From positions 338,152 to 402,151 of the forward strand of contig NMRA01000150.1 in the NCBI GenBank assembly GCA_002633005.1: a stretch of DNA of 64,000 nt. Reading direction: 5' to 3'. The translations under genes were made by a program, and so were the position numbers. Positions 1 through 13,400 of this stretch are shown here, piece by piece. This DNA is from Phoronis australis. Taxonomy: Eukaryota > Animalia > Phoronida. How positions within the stretch are numbered: position 1 is the stretch's first letter; the number at the start of each line of letters is the position of its first letter. The notes under the pieces were generated by a model, which was not told the DNA's origin, did not search any database, and saw only the letters and a list, made by a program, of their open reading frames with translations.

Positions 1-93
1 CTTAAACAAAATAAAGCATTGACTAGTGCAATTATAACATGGGCAATGGTGATGGATTGTGTAATATAAATATTGAGACATAATGTAGCTTAC

Positions 94-203
94 TTTCAGT
101 GTAAAGTCCTTGCCAAGAGCAAAGTAAACGTTGTGTTTACGAGCGTATACAATGTTAGTGATGAGGCGATACTCGTACTTGGGATACAACATGGCACGTC
201 GAG
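94..203 (-). CDS. WD40 gene exon (ARRAMLYPKYEYRLITNIVYARKHNVYFALGKDFTLK)
   Basis: Acceptor ttcctcatttcag, donor AAA|GTAAGC, open in phase 1. Confidence 0.75.
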
Positions 204-3200
204 CTGAAATGAGGAATAATACAATTTTGACAAAATGAAAACAACAGAGCAAACAATGACTGTCAGGGGTTCTACATGAAGCCTCGGTGCTGGGATGGAG
301 ACAGCTAAGTCATAATCCATGCCTTGATTAACACAACACTCGTCACCCCTATCAAATCTAGTGGACCCAGCCATGCCCAAGAAAGTAACTTGCGTTATAC
401 AAAACACACTTATGTCCTGGCACGGCCCAAGAACTAGGGGAGAACAGCAATCTGTCCCAATCAATCTTTCAGAGGATTATCAAGAGCAATCCTTTCTTAT
501 AACAAAACCATGTGAACTGAAGTTTGTCCTGTTATACAAATTACTTTTGCTTGATTTAAAATAGCGAGGAAACCACTCTGTGTTCCAGTCACGAAAAAGC
601 TAGATTCAGATAACAAACAAAATCTGGTTATTCAAAAGGAAAATAATGTGAAACAAAATAACCAGCAATAACATATCAACAAAGAAAGACTGACAACATA
701 CTCAGCAGAGTATGGTAACTGAACACTAAATTCAAACAACCCAAAATTGAGCATCAACTGAAGACAGTTACACGAAAACTAAGAACTTAATTTTCATCAA
801 AAGACACCCAAAACATCTTAAAATAAAACCAATGTGCTAACTGTACCTTTCGGTGGTAGCTCATATTTCAAGGGTACAAATCGTCCATCGCCTATGTTGT
901 AATACAATCACACAAGAAACAGTGAAGTAATGCACTGAACCATTTTCCATTGAAATCAGAACACTAATTACAGAATGATGTATTAAGTTATCTATTCACA
1001 CCTATTCAACAAATTCATCTGAAACGTCTCATCCCTTAGAGTGCCAGCTCTTGGTTCCTAATTGCCCATTTGTCGCAAAAATGAATTTCATTGAATTCAG
1101 CATCGTTCATATTTCCATTCAATGTCCAGGCCCACTCCCAGTTATTACTTTTTGTAATTTATTAAAAAAATAATGAGCCATTTGCAATGACGCAACTATA
1201 TCTATTCTAACATGAGATGTCGAAACCACTCAAGCAGTATAGAAATATAAACAGTAAGAGAAAGTTGGTGCACCATGTGTGGGCCAACAAATCTAATAAA
1301 TAGGTCATTCATTCACTGATTTAGCATACGCAACAATAGGAAATCACCGTTTGTCTCTGGGTTGTGAACTGATACAGGGCGCAAGATTATCAGTGTACTC
1401 GGATATTCATATTATACTCAGACACTGAGGAAAGGAGAGAGTTCAGTCAAAGCGACAATGGACACCAGCACAAAGTCCCGCCATGTCACCAAAATGGACA
1501 AGATTGCATCTGTCTTTACACGGCTTCGCAGCAGACACAAAATGAGTTGATTTGGGGCAAATTTGTAAGAACTATTCATTGCACCAACTCACATTTACAG
1601 TTGAGCCAGGTCAAATGAGTCGTTCACGCCAGACATATACAACACATGATGATTTATCATTGAAAATATCTACACATTCATAAACATTTCGATTATGTCT
1701 TATCTACTTAAGCCAACAGTGAAGCGACGACTGCGTACCAAATATAACTTATTCATAACCCGCACTCACAGATGTGCTCTTACCAGTGTCCTTGACCTTG
1801 ACTGAGTCCTTGCACCATGTAGTGATTCCTTTTGAATCCAACATAACAAACTCACGGAATCGACCATTGTAGCACACTGCAAGCAGATAAATGATGAAAT
1901 GATTTTGACAATAAATATCGTGTCTTGAAAGGATTGTCTATTTATACAACACGACTAATTTGGAAGTATGTGAAGCATTGTTAGGTAAATTAAAAGTATC
2001 AGTTGACATAAAAGCCTCGATAGAACTCTACTGCTAAAAACTAATAGGACTAATCAAGAAACCTTTAATTAACAACCTGAAAGTTCGATTTAGTCCCCTT
2101 GTTGCATTTTACCATGAGTGATCGTAGACAAAGTCCTGATACATGACTATATATTGGGTATGTACCCTGGTCTCTACAGTCGTACCTCCCATGATATTAG
2201 GGTTCTTCTTGTGGTGTTCATAAGTTGCACGTGGCTGAAAACCATAGGGAATTGACTGCAGATTATGGCTTGTCCTCAACACACCCTGTTCCTCTGTTGT
2301 AGCAGAGCTATTCTGTGACATCTCCGACATTCTACGGTTCAAGATGGTGGCCTGTATCTGACGGAACACTGGGTCGTCAGAAATCTCCACAGGATCCACA
2401 TCATCAAGGGGAGGACTGTTGTGATTGTCGTCTAAAATGGCCAACCCATGAGTCGTGCTGTTCTGCTGCCGGTCCACTTCACTGACTACTTGCCGAATGC
2501 CGTTGGCAATTTCTGCGACATGTTCGGCACTCATGGTACTCCTATATTTTCCAGACTCCAAACTCTTATCTAGAAAACAAAGAATTTATTAATTATAAAG
2601 TGTGGCGTGATTAACAACAGATCTTTGTTATACAAGAGGAGCTCCTGACAAATTAGTCGAATTATGAGTCAGTGCTTAAAAATCACCAATTCTATACCGA
2701 AAACACCAAAAAACTCTTATCAGTCGATCAGAAATTGGAACACCCGCAAACACTATCTGACGTTACGTTAATTAGTTAACCTTAAGTTATAAGTATTTTC
2801 TGTTATGTCATACATCCCATGAGCAGCATTTTGCATTTTTCTCACAAGAATTGTACAATTATGTAATCAGCAATTTACCAAACAGACTATGTGATGTGCA
2901 AATCTTGTGTAAAAAGGGCCAAAAGCTGCTGGTGGGATGTGTGACATAACAGTTAGCTACAAACAGTAATTGCACATATATCGGGTCCTCAGTAGCTCAA
3001 TAGTAAGAGCAATAGACCAGCAATCTAGACACCTGTGATTCGATTACCAGTTAGGGTTCCAGATTTTTCTGTGTTCATCTGACATATTTCACTTTTGGCC
3101 AACCTCAGTGTCTATGTATGTTTACTAAACATTTATTGGTTAATACACAACACCAAAATTGGGATAACCAACCATTGTGTCAGCATGTACCGGTATATTG

Positions 3201-6200
3201 CTGCTCATTCCCATGGTTTATGGCTGGGTTCGTTGAGTGAAAGCGGGGGGTTCGTTGTGAGAATGGCANGGCATTGTGTTGGCGGTGGATAGATTGTGAC
3301 AACTCAGTATTTGACCTCAATGCGGCTTCACTTTCCAAAGAGATATTAGAGAAGCAAGGATGTGACATGTTCATAGCGTGAAATGTTCGTGATAGAATCT
3401 CAGGTGTTAGGAATTGTAAACTTGCCGCTTTTATCAGAGATTTCAATAGCTTATTACCCATTCAGGCTCTATGAGCAATAAACACGATAAACATGGTAAT
3501 TACGCCTGGTTTTGGCAATGGAACTTAATTAGGTCCTGAGGTAATGTTTATAGACGTGAAATCACATGTTACCCGCCAAACAAAGGTTTGTGGTCTTCTC
3601 AGGAATTTCCACTGACTCAAAAATAAGGCAAGGTTTTTCAGGTCGGTCTATCACGACCAAAACGCATTATGTTGTGCGCATGAAACTCGGGTGTTGCGTG
3701 TTGGTGGACATGACCCAGATACTGACTGGCACTGGATACATTCATACACCACATCCATGACAGTGGTGCAAAGAAACGTTCAGTTTAAGTTTCTTCTATT
3801 TCCTCACTTTTGGGATATTGAGCGCCCCCTTGTGATATGCAGGAAGGCTTAATGAAGCTGACATGTAGTCAATTGTCAAAACAAGGTAAGCAGCTTTAAC
3901 TGAACTCTTATAGATATCAAACAAAGTATAACAAGGCCCTCCTCGCATGACTCACACTGATACAAACAGTTAGAATGACAGAAGACCTCATTGTGTTGTT
4001 GATATCAAGCACACTTAGAATGACAGGGCCTCTCACTATGTGACTTAAATTGATGTCAAAGATAGCTAGGATGACAGAGGGCCTCATGGTATGACTATGT
4101 TCAGCTAAGGGGTTCTGCCATCCACACACTGAGCAGGCCTTTATCCAGGATTTCGAAAATAGGGTGTCCAAAATCAGGGGTTCCCAATATTCCAGGGCGT
4201 CCATAATTCCGACGCGTAACCCCCTCACCCCCAGCAATCCCTCCAAACACAGATTTTTTTTTTAAAATGCATAGACCAAGGTTTTTACATCTAAGTTTAC
4301 TAAACAGCTTTCTGTAGTGAGCATTTTAATAAAAAAATTGATGTAGACCAAGACTTTTACAAGGCTATCAACCAAGTGTGAGCACAGCAACAAAGTATAT
4401 AAATTGTATATTTCTTCCTGCTTTGAAAAAAGAGCCCCCACTGAGCCTTCAGAGGCTTCCTAGTAATCATTACAATGAATCTGTCCAAACTTGAAAGGTT
4501 CCTATTGACAGTGGGCGTCCAAATGGTACATTGGGCATCCTTGCCAGAGCGTCCAGTATTACTGCGTCCAAATGGACGCCCAGGACGTACGCTGCATAAA
4601 GGCCTGACACTGAGTATGTGGTCATGTTCTGCCAGGGATTCTTCCACCCACAGTGGATGTGGTCGTGTTCTGCTATGGGGTTCTACCATCCACAAAGTAC
4701 ATGGTCATGTTCTGTTGGGGGGTCTACCATCCACAGAGTACATGCATGTTCAGCTAGGATGTTCTACCATCCACAGAGTATGTGGTCATGTTCTGCTAGG
4801 GCATGAAAGCGTTCTCCGCCCAGCAAGATCAGTGACTTTACCAGAGGTAGAGAGTGGTGACCATGTGATAACATCTAGCTCCTTTGTTAACTGTCAAGCA
4901 CACTCTTTTGTCTGGTGACAACAGGTAGGCCTACACCAGGCTTATTACAGACCACATGTGAACACAGCCAAACCCAGAGCAAATTGGTACATTTGGAAAG
5001 AATAGATCGTTGAAACTTCAGTTGTAGTTGGGCAATTTTGGAGATTCAAAAGCTAAACATGATCAGCAATTCAGTTGACGAGGAATTCATCAATGCCATT
5101 GGCTAAGGTTCAAATATGTTATACCTTAACTTATATTTTTAAAAACACAGCCCAGTCATGCTAAATATGATCTTAATTGGAGATTAGAGCATTGTCGAAC
5201 ACTAAAAGAGAGCTGGCCCTCCAACCATAAATGCCAGAATGGAGTTATTAATCAGTCGTGTAAGATATTGGCTACAGGGGTCATCTTCCCAACTTGTTAT
5301 TGGGCTGTAGAATCCAACAAGATGGGATCACCAGGAAAATGCAGTAATGGGTTCTACTACAGAGAGGAAGACGTGAAGATCGAGAGAGCACTGCCAGGCA
5401 ATTTTATCTAAAATCAAATGTGTAAAATTTACTAGTAATCCACAAAATGCTTATGTTGCATGTTGTTTCACTTCAGATGTATTCGAGTAAGCATATTTGT
5501 AAAAAGTTTGTTAAAAATATGTTCTTGGCTCTTGCTACCACTTATTTTTTTACCAATAACTTGATTCGGTTGATTGTCCTGAGACCTGCACTTGGTGAAT
5601 TCCTTGCAACAAAAGTCCAATAACTTATTGATCTCCAGGTGATGTAACACTTGTGATAATGCCAATATCTTTAGTTTGAACAGAACTGAGGCATGAATGA
5701 AAATTTTGTAGGGGATCGGGCAGGTAAACTGATACCCCAGTGAGTTATAAAACTTAGAAAGGTGATGGGATGGATGAAGAACATATCAATTAAAGCTCAT
5801 CTGATTGTACGATCACTGTTAAGTCTGACTGGGAAGCCAAATGCACCCAAGCAGTTTTTGTGTAAGAAATATAATTTATGTTCATTAGAACAAAATAGCG
5901 ATAATTTACTAATTACTCCATGAAGATTAATTTAGCTGGTGCTGATTTTTACGACACAAAAGTGCAGAATACACTGCACAGTAATAGTCCACAAGATGTC
6001 TCTGATGACATAATTATTTTATTTGTAATGCACTAGTAATCTATTGCTAAAATGTAATAAATTTTATTTTGATGTTACAGGATAATGCTTTCACACTACA
6101 CTTTGTGCTGATTATGAATTCAAGGTTATTCCTGTTCTAATTAAGCCAAATGAGTTGCAACTGCACCTTACGTTTCCCACCAGAATTTACTGCAGTACTA

Positions 6201-6205
6201 GCCAT
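94..6205 (-). CDS. WD40-repeat protein, WDR87/WDR97-like; 5' part of a spliced gene continuing off the left edge
   Basis: Phase-consistent GT-AG exons on -: 6172-6205 (MASTAVNSGGK), 2186-2569, 1784-1876, optional 847-891, 94-203. Joined peptide: ...SIPYGFQPRATYEHHKKNPNIMG|VCYNGRFREFVMLDSKGITTWCKDSVKVKDT|...ARRAMLYPKYEYRLITNIVYARKHNVYFALGKDFTLK, with beta-propeller character. The family name is from recall, not a search. Confidence 0.65.
847..891 (-). CDS. Candidate 45-nt symmetric cassette exon of the WD40 gene (GDGRFVPLKYELPPK)
   Basis: Acceptor acatag, donor AAG|GTACAG, phase 1/1, no stop. Confidence 0.4.
1784..1876 (-). CDS. WD40 gene exon (VCYNGRFREFVMLDSKGITTWCKDSVKVKDT)
   Basis: Acceptor ttatctgcttgcag, donor CTG|GTAAGA, 93 nt, phase 1/1. 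Confidence 0.75.
2186..2569 (-). CDS. WD40 gene exon, 384 nt (KSLESGKYRS...KNPNIMG)
   Basis: Overlaps ORF 2109..2561; acceptor ttgttttctag, donor GAG|GTACGA, phase 1/1 joins the next exon in frame. Confidence 0.75.
2983..3061 (+). mobile_element. Degenerate tRNA-like sequence, probably a tRNA-derived SINE head
   Basis: A-box-like TAGCTCAATAGTAAGAGC, B-box-like GATTCGATTACC, ends GGTTCCA; stems imperfect. Confidence 0.55.
4090..4802. repeat. ~41-bp degenerate minisatellite interrupted by a hAT MITE
   Basis: Unit ~tgtggtcatgttctgctagggattctaccatccacagagta on both sides of 4134-4606. Confidence 0.75.
4134..4606. mobile_element. hAT-type MITE
   Basis: TIR CAGGCCTTTATCCAG / CTGCATAAAGGCCTG; exact 8-bp TSD acactgag at 4126-4133 and 4607-4614. 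Confidence 0.9.
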
Positions 6206-6367
6206 AAGGGTACTTCTTGTAGTTTTCAGGAATGCTACTACAGTAATTGTGGTAAATCCCTGCCTCCAAAACAGCTCAGTGTAACAGCACAAACTGTGCA
6301 AGATTAGACAAATGTAGAGAATAGAGATGATTACATCTAGCTTCCATGCTGATGAATTAGATATGCT
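6172..6367 (-). CDS. WD40 gene exon containing the probable start ATG (6205); open in frame over its whole length
   Basis: Acceptor ttttgttctacag, donor AAC|GTAAGG; phase-1 end joins the 2569 exon in frame (GGK-HKSLESG). Confidence 0.55.
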
Positions 6368-8112
6368 CTGTAGAACAAAATCTTTTGTGTGACCTATACC
6401 TAGCAAATATAGAGTGAACAAAAGGTCACTTTGAAAGGCATTTTCAGCACTACAAACACTTCAAGTATGGGAGACAGATAAAAACAGTGATAGTGACTAT
6501 AATTTTCGATGTTGTAAAGATCTAACAAACTATAAATAAATGTCGCTTTCTTGTGAGGACAATACAGAATGCCTAAGGGTTAGGTCACTACATCTTGGCC
6601 ATAGGTACAGGTCCCCACTGCATTCACATGTTTTGTATGTGATAACTGCCAACATGTTTGTAACTGGTCGATGTAACATGTGACCATAGAGTGTGAAAGT
6701 CACCTTCGTCAGAATCCAGACGTTAATAAAATTCGGACTTTTCTGTGATCATACACAACCTTAAACACACTACTCCAGTTGGGATTAATATTTCACAACA
6801 TGCTATAGACACAATGGTGCTAAATTGTCGGTTGCTTTCAAAACTAATGAAGCCACAGGTAGGAAAATAAGTAATTATTAATTTCTAGGACCAAAAAAAT
6901 CTACACCATCTGAGAGCTAGTACATGTCTCAATGGAAAATTGTCAGTGATTTCTGATCCCATGTAACAGGGGAAATTTACCACAGCGGAGCTGGGTATAA
7001 AAATGGGTTTAAACTCTTAGTATATCAGTTTGAAGCTTGATGATATGTTTGCAAGTGAATTAAGACTCCATTAGAACTGGTCCTGCTGTAACTCTTTGGT
7101 GATGAAATATGACCACTGACATTTGAACTACTTGTAGTTTCTACAGGTCTATGTAATTAAAACAGTGTTGACATTGGCACCTCATGTGGTTGCCAATAAA
7201 TCAAAGATTGAGAACCTAGTCACATATTCACTAAGAGAACCCAGTCACATATTGATTCACTAAGTCAACAAGACACAAAGCTGCTAAAGAGCAGATCATG
7301 TAACTGTGCATTTAAACTCAAGTCATGACATCAGTAACAAACCAACACAAATTAGTGAAATAAGGACTTGGTGCAAAGTGCTAAGAACATCTTTAATTTC
7401 AGACGTAGGACCAGAAAGGGTGCCAAAGTAGTCCATACTGCTCACAATGTAATACAGGAATCTCAAGCACCCACTGTTTGTCTCTTGTCAGACCCCCCTG
7501 GACAAAATCCTACATCAAATGCTGCTTTAGATTTATAGCGACAGACTTTTATTGACACTATCAACTTAATCCAGCATGTCAAATATCTAGAGCCTGTCAC
7601 GAGCCTCTAACACTCTAAGTTATTTTTTGATCACNTCATGTAACTGTGCATTTAAACTCAAGTCATGACATCAGTAACAAACCAACACAAATTAGTGAAA
7701 TAAGGACTTGGTGCAAAGTGCTAAGAACATCCTTAATTTCAGACGTAGGACCAGAAAGTGTGCCAAAGTAGTCGCATACTGCTCACAATGTAATACAGGA
7801 ATCTCAAGCACCCACTGTTTGTCTCTTGTCAGACCCCCCTGGACAAAATCCTGCATCAAATGCTTTAGATTTATAGCGACAGACTTTTATTGACACTATC
7901 AACTTAATCCAGCATGTCAAATATCTAGAGCCTGTCACGAGCATCTAACACTCTAAGTTATTTTTTGATCACCAGCATTTCCAAGTTTAAATGTGGAAAT
8001 ATGTGTGGCAACTATATCGTCACTCCTACTAAATATTTTCTAGCAGACATTTTAGTCTGTGTCAAGTATTGCATTTATACCCTGCAGAGTTTGGAACTAT
8101 TTGGAAAGGGGG

Positions 8113-8357
8113 GACACTGGGCCCCATAGCCACAGGAGCGACACTGGGCCCCATGGCCACAGGAGGGTTACTAGGCCCCATGGCCACAGGAGAGACACAT
8201 GGGCCCCATGGCCACAGGAGGGTTACTGGGTCCCATAGCTATAGGAGGGACACTGGGCCCCATGGCCACAGGGAGGGGGAACTGGGCCCCATAGCCACAA
8301 GGGGGAACTGGGTCCCATTGCCACAGGAAGGACACTGGGCCCCATAGCCACAGGAAA
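8113..8357. repeat. ~28-bp GC-rich minisatellite (~9 copies)
   Basis: Unit ~gacactgggccccatagccacaggag; explains ORF 8069..8347. Confidence 0.9.
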
Positions 8358-10037
8358 GGTGAAATTCAGTCCACACTTCACTACTCATGTATGACTATGG
8401 ATGTCTTTTAAACACCAAGAGTCCAAATTTAGGATGCAAAGAGCCAACTTTTCTCTCACATGTAATATACACCTAAAAATGACAGCTTTCAAAGTGATTA
8501 CTGTCTTCATCGACTCCTCTTGATGGCAAGAATTCCAAACTATTTTTGTGGCTGTTGACTTTTCTCTGCCAACGTTATGTTTATCAGTGTATAAGCATTC
8601 AGCCCGGCAATCATAATGCCTTGTTTGCAGAACTCCTGAATACTACAAAAAATCTTAAGTCTATTGACAGATTCTTGGATCTAGTATGCTATAATCAAGA
8701 TAGTGCCACCATCTCAACTATCAGAGGTGGCCTGAAGCTTTTCAGTGAATTATGCCTCAAACTGACTAAAGCATCAAAGTCACGTTGCAATGCTATAAGT
8801 ACCATTTTACAAGGGGTTCCCAGGTGCGAGCACTATAAAAATGACCAATTACCGATTTGGGCAATTATTGTAGTTGGAAGTAATTAAAGACTTCAACAGT
8901 TTCCTGATGGTGTCTCTCCAAATGTAACAGGCACTTAAGCAACATGACCTTGAACATTTAATTAATCAGTGTGAGGAATAATTTCCAGAAAAGCGTCAAG
9001 CCTATGGGATGGCCACCTTCCCTATTGCCAATTGAGACGATGATAATGTCTAGTTCTGATCTAGTCCACATGTAGTCCCTAGGATGGCTACATGGGGCTA
9101 CATTACTGCCCATCACTTTCTGTACTAATTTTATGGCATGTAATTTAAACAGGCGGTAATCCAAATCTGGTCATCGAATAACAGGTTTTCATCTTGTCAA
9201 ACATACATTTTACACATCACATTGTCACTTAAACATGTGCTGAATTCTCTTCAGTGATCCTTTCAGGATCTACAAATATCTTAATGAAGCATGTGTACAG
9301 GAATTAAGAAGACTTTTGGCAGAGAATTCCAACTCCACTTTTTTGATCGCGCACGATAACCACGCAGAGAATTTCAATTAATATTACACAAGTTAGCCAA
9401 AGACGGACCATACCGCGTGACCTTTCTTGCGACACTAGCAAAATGTACCATAGGAAGGTATCCAGTGGAATTTGTAAGATTTGTGTCCCTTGGATTTTTG
9501 TTTGTCAGCATGTGTATGTTCGCATAACTTCCCCAAAACAGCACCCATGCAGTGAATAGTGACAGGTTTTCATGGATATGTTCAAAATAATGTAGACTAA
9601 ATTGTGTCCAAAGTCTAACTTGAAATGTGTATACATGTTTCACTCAATTTTTCTCACTGTGTTTTAAGATGAGTACGTCTTTATGGGTGTGTATTATCAT
9701 CCCTATATGCCCACATTGCACAGGGGATGTAATGACCTGGCTCCAATTCAAATCAATTGCCATTCAAGTGATAGCAGGCCTATGGGAATTGTATTTCAGT
9801 TAAGTAATTCTATTAATTGTCTTCTCACTAAAAACGTTCAGCAAAGTTTTCAAACGACCGTCATTAAGCTACTGCCCGTACACTGCCAGCAGCATGAAAA
9901 CCATGGCCATGGCCATGGGACTTCGATCGCCTCCGCCATCGCCATCGGCAGTTAACTTTTGAAACAGTGAAGTCGTATAAAGTCAAAGTTAAACTAGTTA
10001 AATTGATTATGTATTAATAAGTTCTTGTATAACTTAC

Positions 10038-10397
10038 GAAGATTATAGTCACATGATGACCACTGTAAAGCATGATCCAGAAGTGTAACTTCAGAAATTC
10101 ATCTTGCGGTGCGGCACTTGCAACTCAATCGTCCATATTGTTTATACGTTGGTAACGACTGCCAGGTGTTCGAAAGAGGGCGCTTTGAAATCACGTGACT
10201 GTGATGGTACCCGAGCTTTCACTAGTCGATTTTTGACAATTTGTTGATTTTTTATTTGTAAATATACGCTGTAGAAATCATGTGTCATTGTGTGAACAGT
10301 ACGGAATATTCTGCGTTTCCAAGGACCATTAGATAAGTGGGATATCGCTGGAACACTCAACTTTTCATTGATCGACAAAAGAAGGGAATTATCCAAC
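10038..10397. promoter_or_regulatory. Putative bidirectional promoter: WD40 gene (-) / CTTNBP2 (+)
   Basis: Locally CpG-rich; minus-strand donor TTC|GTAAGT at 10037; plus-strand ATG at 10398; E-box TCACGTGAC at 10191. Confidence 0.55.
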
Positions 10398-10460
10398 ATG
10401 GCGACCAATTCCAGAGTGAATTATAAGGCGAGCGATTCAGTGCCGTCAAATACGTTAAAA
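10398..10460 (+). CDS. CTTNBP2: CTTNBP2 exon 1 (MATNSRVNYKASDSVPSNTLK)
   Basis: aacATGG start context, donor AAA|GTAAGT, phase 0 joins exon 2. Confidence 0.8.
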
Positions 10461-13400
10461 GTAAGTTATTTCTCACCCTTTTCGCCTGTCCTATAATGTG
10501 GCAGTCACTTTTTTCAACAAACTGCGTCTGCCTTTAAAATGCGTTAGAATGAGTAGCTGTATTACGAAGCATATTAAAGTGACTAGACGAAGTCTAGTAG
10601 TATCAGTAAGACCATAATCCATATTCCACAGAGTTCCATGACTAATGACTTGTCTTGTTCATTTGCCTTTACTCAGTCATTGTGCATTTCACGGAAGTTG
10701 TGCCATTTAATTAGAGCTGCAACACAGGGACGAAAATAAGTTTTTCATGAAATGACACATGAAATTTTATGGAATGGTATCAAAACAATTGATAGGTTGT
10801 TTTTGGTTTGGTGATTTTTATTAACATATGCGGACACTAGTAGTAGGCCTATACCCAAAGTACCAGTGAAAAAACTCTTAATTTGTGTGATGGATGTGAC
10901 ATCTTGTTTTCTTAAGTTTTATTTAACATTAGTTACATTAACAACATAGTTTTATTGTATGGTTGCATTTATGGTTTGTATGGTTTACTTACACTTACAG
11001 CTGATTCGTGTTTTGCAACTAATATCAAAACACCAGTGTTGTTTCTAGAATGTGACAGTAATAGGCCAAATATCCCCAACCCCACTTTCAAAAAATGGGC
11101 CCTGTAGATAAAGTTGATGGTCAAGAGTACATCAGTAAAGCAGCCATTGACAATGTATGCTCGCATACGACGCACAGCATTGGAAAACCCCTGGAAAAAG
11201 AAGTCTACTAAGACGTGTTTGAAATAACGTACGGAAACTCTCAAATGAAAAAGATTGCGACTTTCATACATGCGGTGTCAATGCTGACTTAGTCCAAAAA
11301 CATAGCGGTAAACTTTTCAGATGCAATGTCGCGTTTTCCCATGAAGTGCATATTCATACATGGACTGGACTGCTAAGCCTATGTTTTCTCTCAGTCTCAT
11401 TTCTTGTGTGCTTACAGCTTTCAGTATTCTCGCAATGTCGTACAAAATTCAAGGTTCTGAAGTTCGTACTGGCAACCGGAATTCTTTTGCAAAAACTGCC
11501 CAATATTGTGTTTACTATTTTGTCCAAAATCTTGAACATATTATTAGGTAGAGTAAACATACCAGTTCACGTGCATTTTTCTTGTAAGTGTACTTGAGAG
11601 TATGACCAGCTAAAACCAATATTTCTAGAAATTATCCACTGGTTTGTCAAAAAAGTTGTATCATAATTATTCCATTTCAAACTCATTCTTCTTTTTAGAC
11701 CGAAATTTAGGAACTCAGAGTGCCGATGTTTCCAGTAGAAATCCGGTACTTTGAAAAGTTCACTGTCCATTGCATGCATATTTGTGTTTTGTTGATTGAG
11801 CTGCAATCAAGAACTGGATCATCTGTCGTATTAGAATATGGGTCAACATCTTTACTTAGAACATTTCTCAGTTTGTAAAATAAGCCGTAGTCTTTTTAAG
11901 CCTTACAGTGGTAGACGACATGACTAAATGTCCAATTAAAATGTTTCGAATGCACATGTTATTTTATAATGGAAGATTGAGATGGCATTTGCTGTGCAAA
12001 ATGTCAGAATTACTCCCTCGAAAATGCAAACGCCGCACGTTGCCACTGTTAACGTAAGGAGTTGGGAACGGCATGACAGTTTTTCTTGTCAGTTTTTCAC
12101 GAGGTAATCATAGGTATTGAATCTTCCACCAAAACTCCTCAGAAATTAATGAAATGAGCTCAATTTCGATTGGCCGATGATGTGAAATATTTACGAAAAG
12201 CAACCAATAGTATTCGTCTAAGTGAACATTGCACAAGCAATACCTAAGAAGATTGGAATGTGGCAACCAAAGTGTGGCCTAAATTGACTGGCAGAGAAGA
12301 CGAAAACTTTGGATGGGTTCTTTGCCTTGAATCGTTAAATTCACTATAAGTATGAAAGGCGATGAACACGAATTCTGTCAACACCATCTCGGAAGTGAAT
12401 CTGGCAAATGTCTGGACTAATGTGAAATCAATCGGACATTATGAAAATAAATCGGGCCTAGTCCGATGGCCGACGATTAGCAAAATCTCTTCACCTGTAA
12501 GCAGTAATTCACAACTACAGTATTTACCCTAATAAGCACCCATGCCCCTATAAGTGCCCCCCCACGCGTTTTCAGACTTTGCTAAAATAAGCGCCCAGTT
12601 CATGAGTGCTGTGTACATGTGAAAAATGCCTTTCCTACAGTTCTAAAATTCTTCAGTGACGTCTTCAATTTACCAATAAGATCCCGCAGTCCTGAAAAAT
12701 CATTGTGCATGGAATTTGTAGATCAGGCGCCTGGCCGCTATGTCGGTATTTAGCTGTGACTATACACTCCAAACTTTCGCTGTGCTTCAAAACGAACGCA
12801 AAAGTTTTGCTGATCTTGCGAGGGACGTGTCCTATTATGGTCTGACCTTTCAGAACAGACGTAGCGTATTTGTCAAAGGGGTTGTATTGCATCTTTCGGG
12901 CACAGATCTTCTACCTTGACAGGAATCCAAATTTCTTTGTATTCATGAAAACCGCGAATCGAAGACTAATAAAAACTTGACCTTTGTTAAAAACACGTGG
13001 CCAGGAAGCGCACGCTACCTACAAGTACCTGTCATCAGAGATTAGTTTTTGGGAATTATCTATTCATGAAGCGGGTAGCACAGCATCGGCAAGAAATAAA
13101 TACTGGCACTTATTTGCGAAAGTAAAAAAACATTTGCGCTATTTTTAGGAAGAATTATTAAATTAACCGTAATTGTTGTTTTAAAGTAAAAATGACCCAC
13201 TGATAGTGAACACTTCCACACCCTTACACACCCTCAAATCTCCCGAAAAATAACTGTTAGACTGTCACGCATCCAGTCACCCCGCGACTCAATATCCCTC
13301 TTACAGAGACAATTTTCGAATGCTTTTTAGCAGATGAGATCAACAAGTGCTAAATAAAACACGTTCTGTTTTACTGCTTGTGTTAATTTCTTTAGTTGAA

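Noticed and set aside
2109-2561. ORF 2109..2561 as a complete gene or terminal exon
   Set aside because: A donor at 2185 splices in frame to further exons; residues after NIMG are intronic read-through.
2983-3061. Functional tRNA gene
   Set aside because: Acceptor, anticodon and T stems are imperfect; more like a SINE head or pseudogene. The same applies to 19091-19147.
4842-4911. Possible extra minus-strand exon of the WD40 gene
   Set aside because: The only open reading exits in phase 2, which does not fit the phase-1 exon at 2569.
8069-8347. Collagen-like Gly-rich ORF
   Set aside because: Translation of a ~28-bp minisatellite. Likewise the ORFs at 16401, 18247, 33584, 42699, 43612 and 45313-45658.
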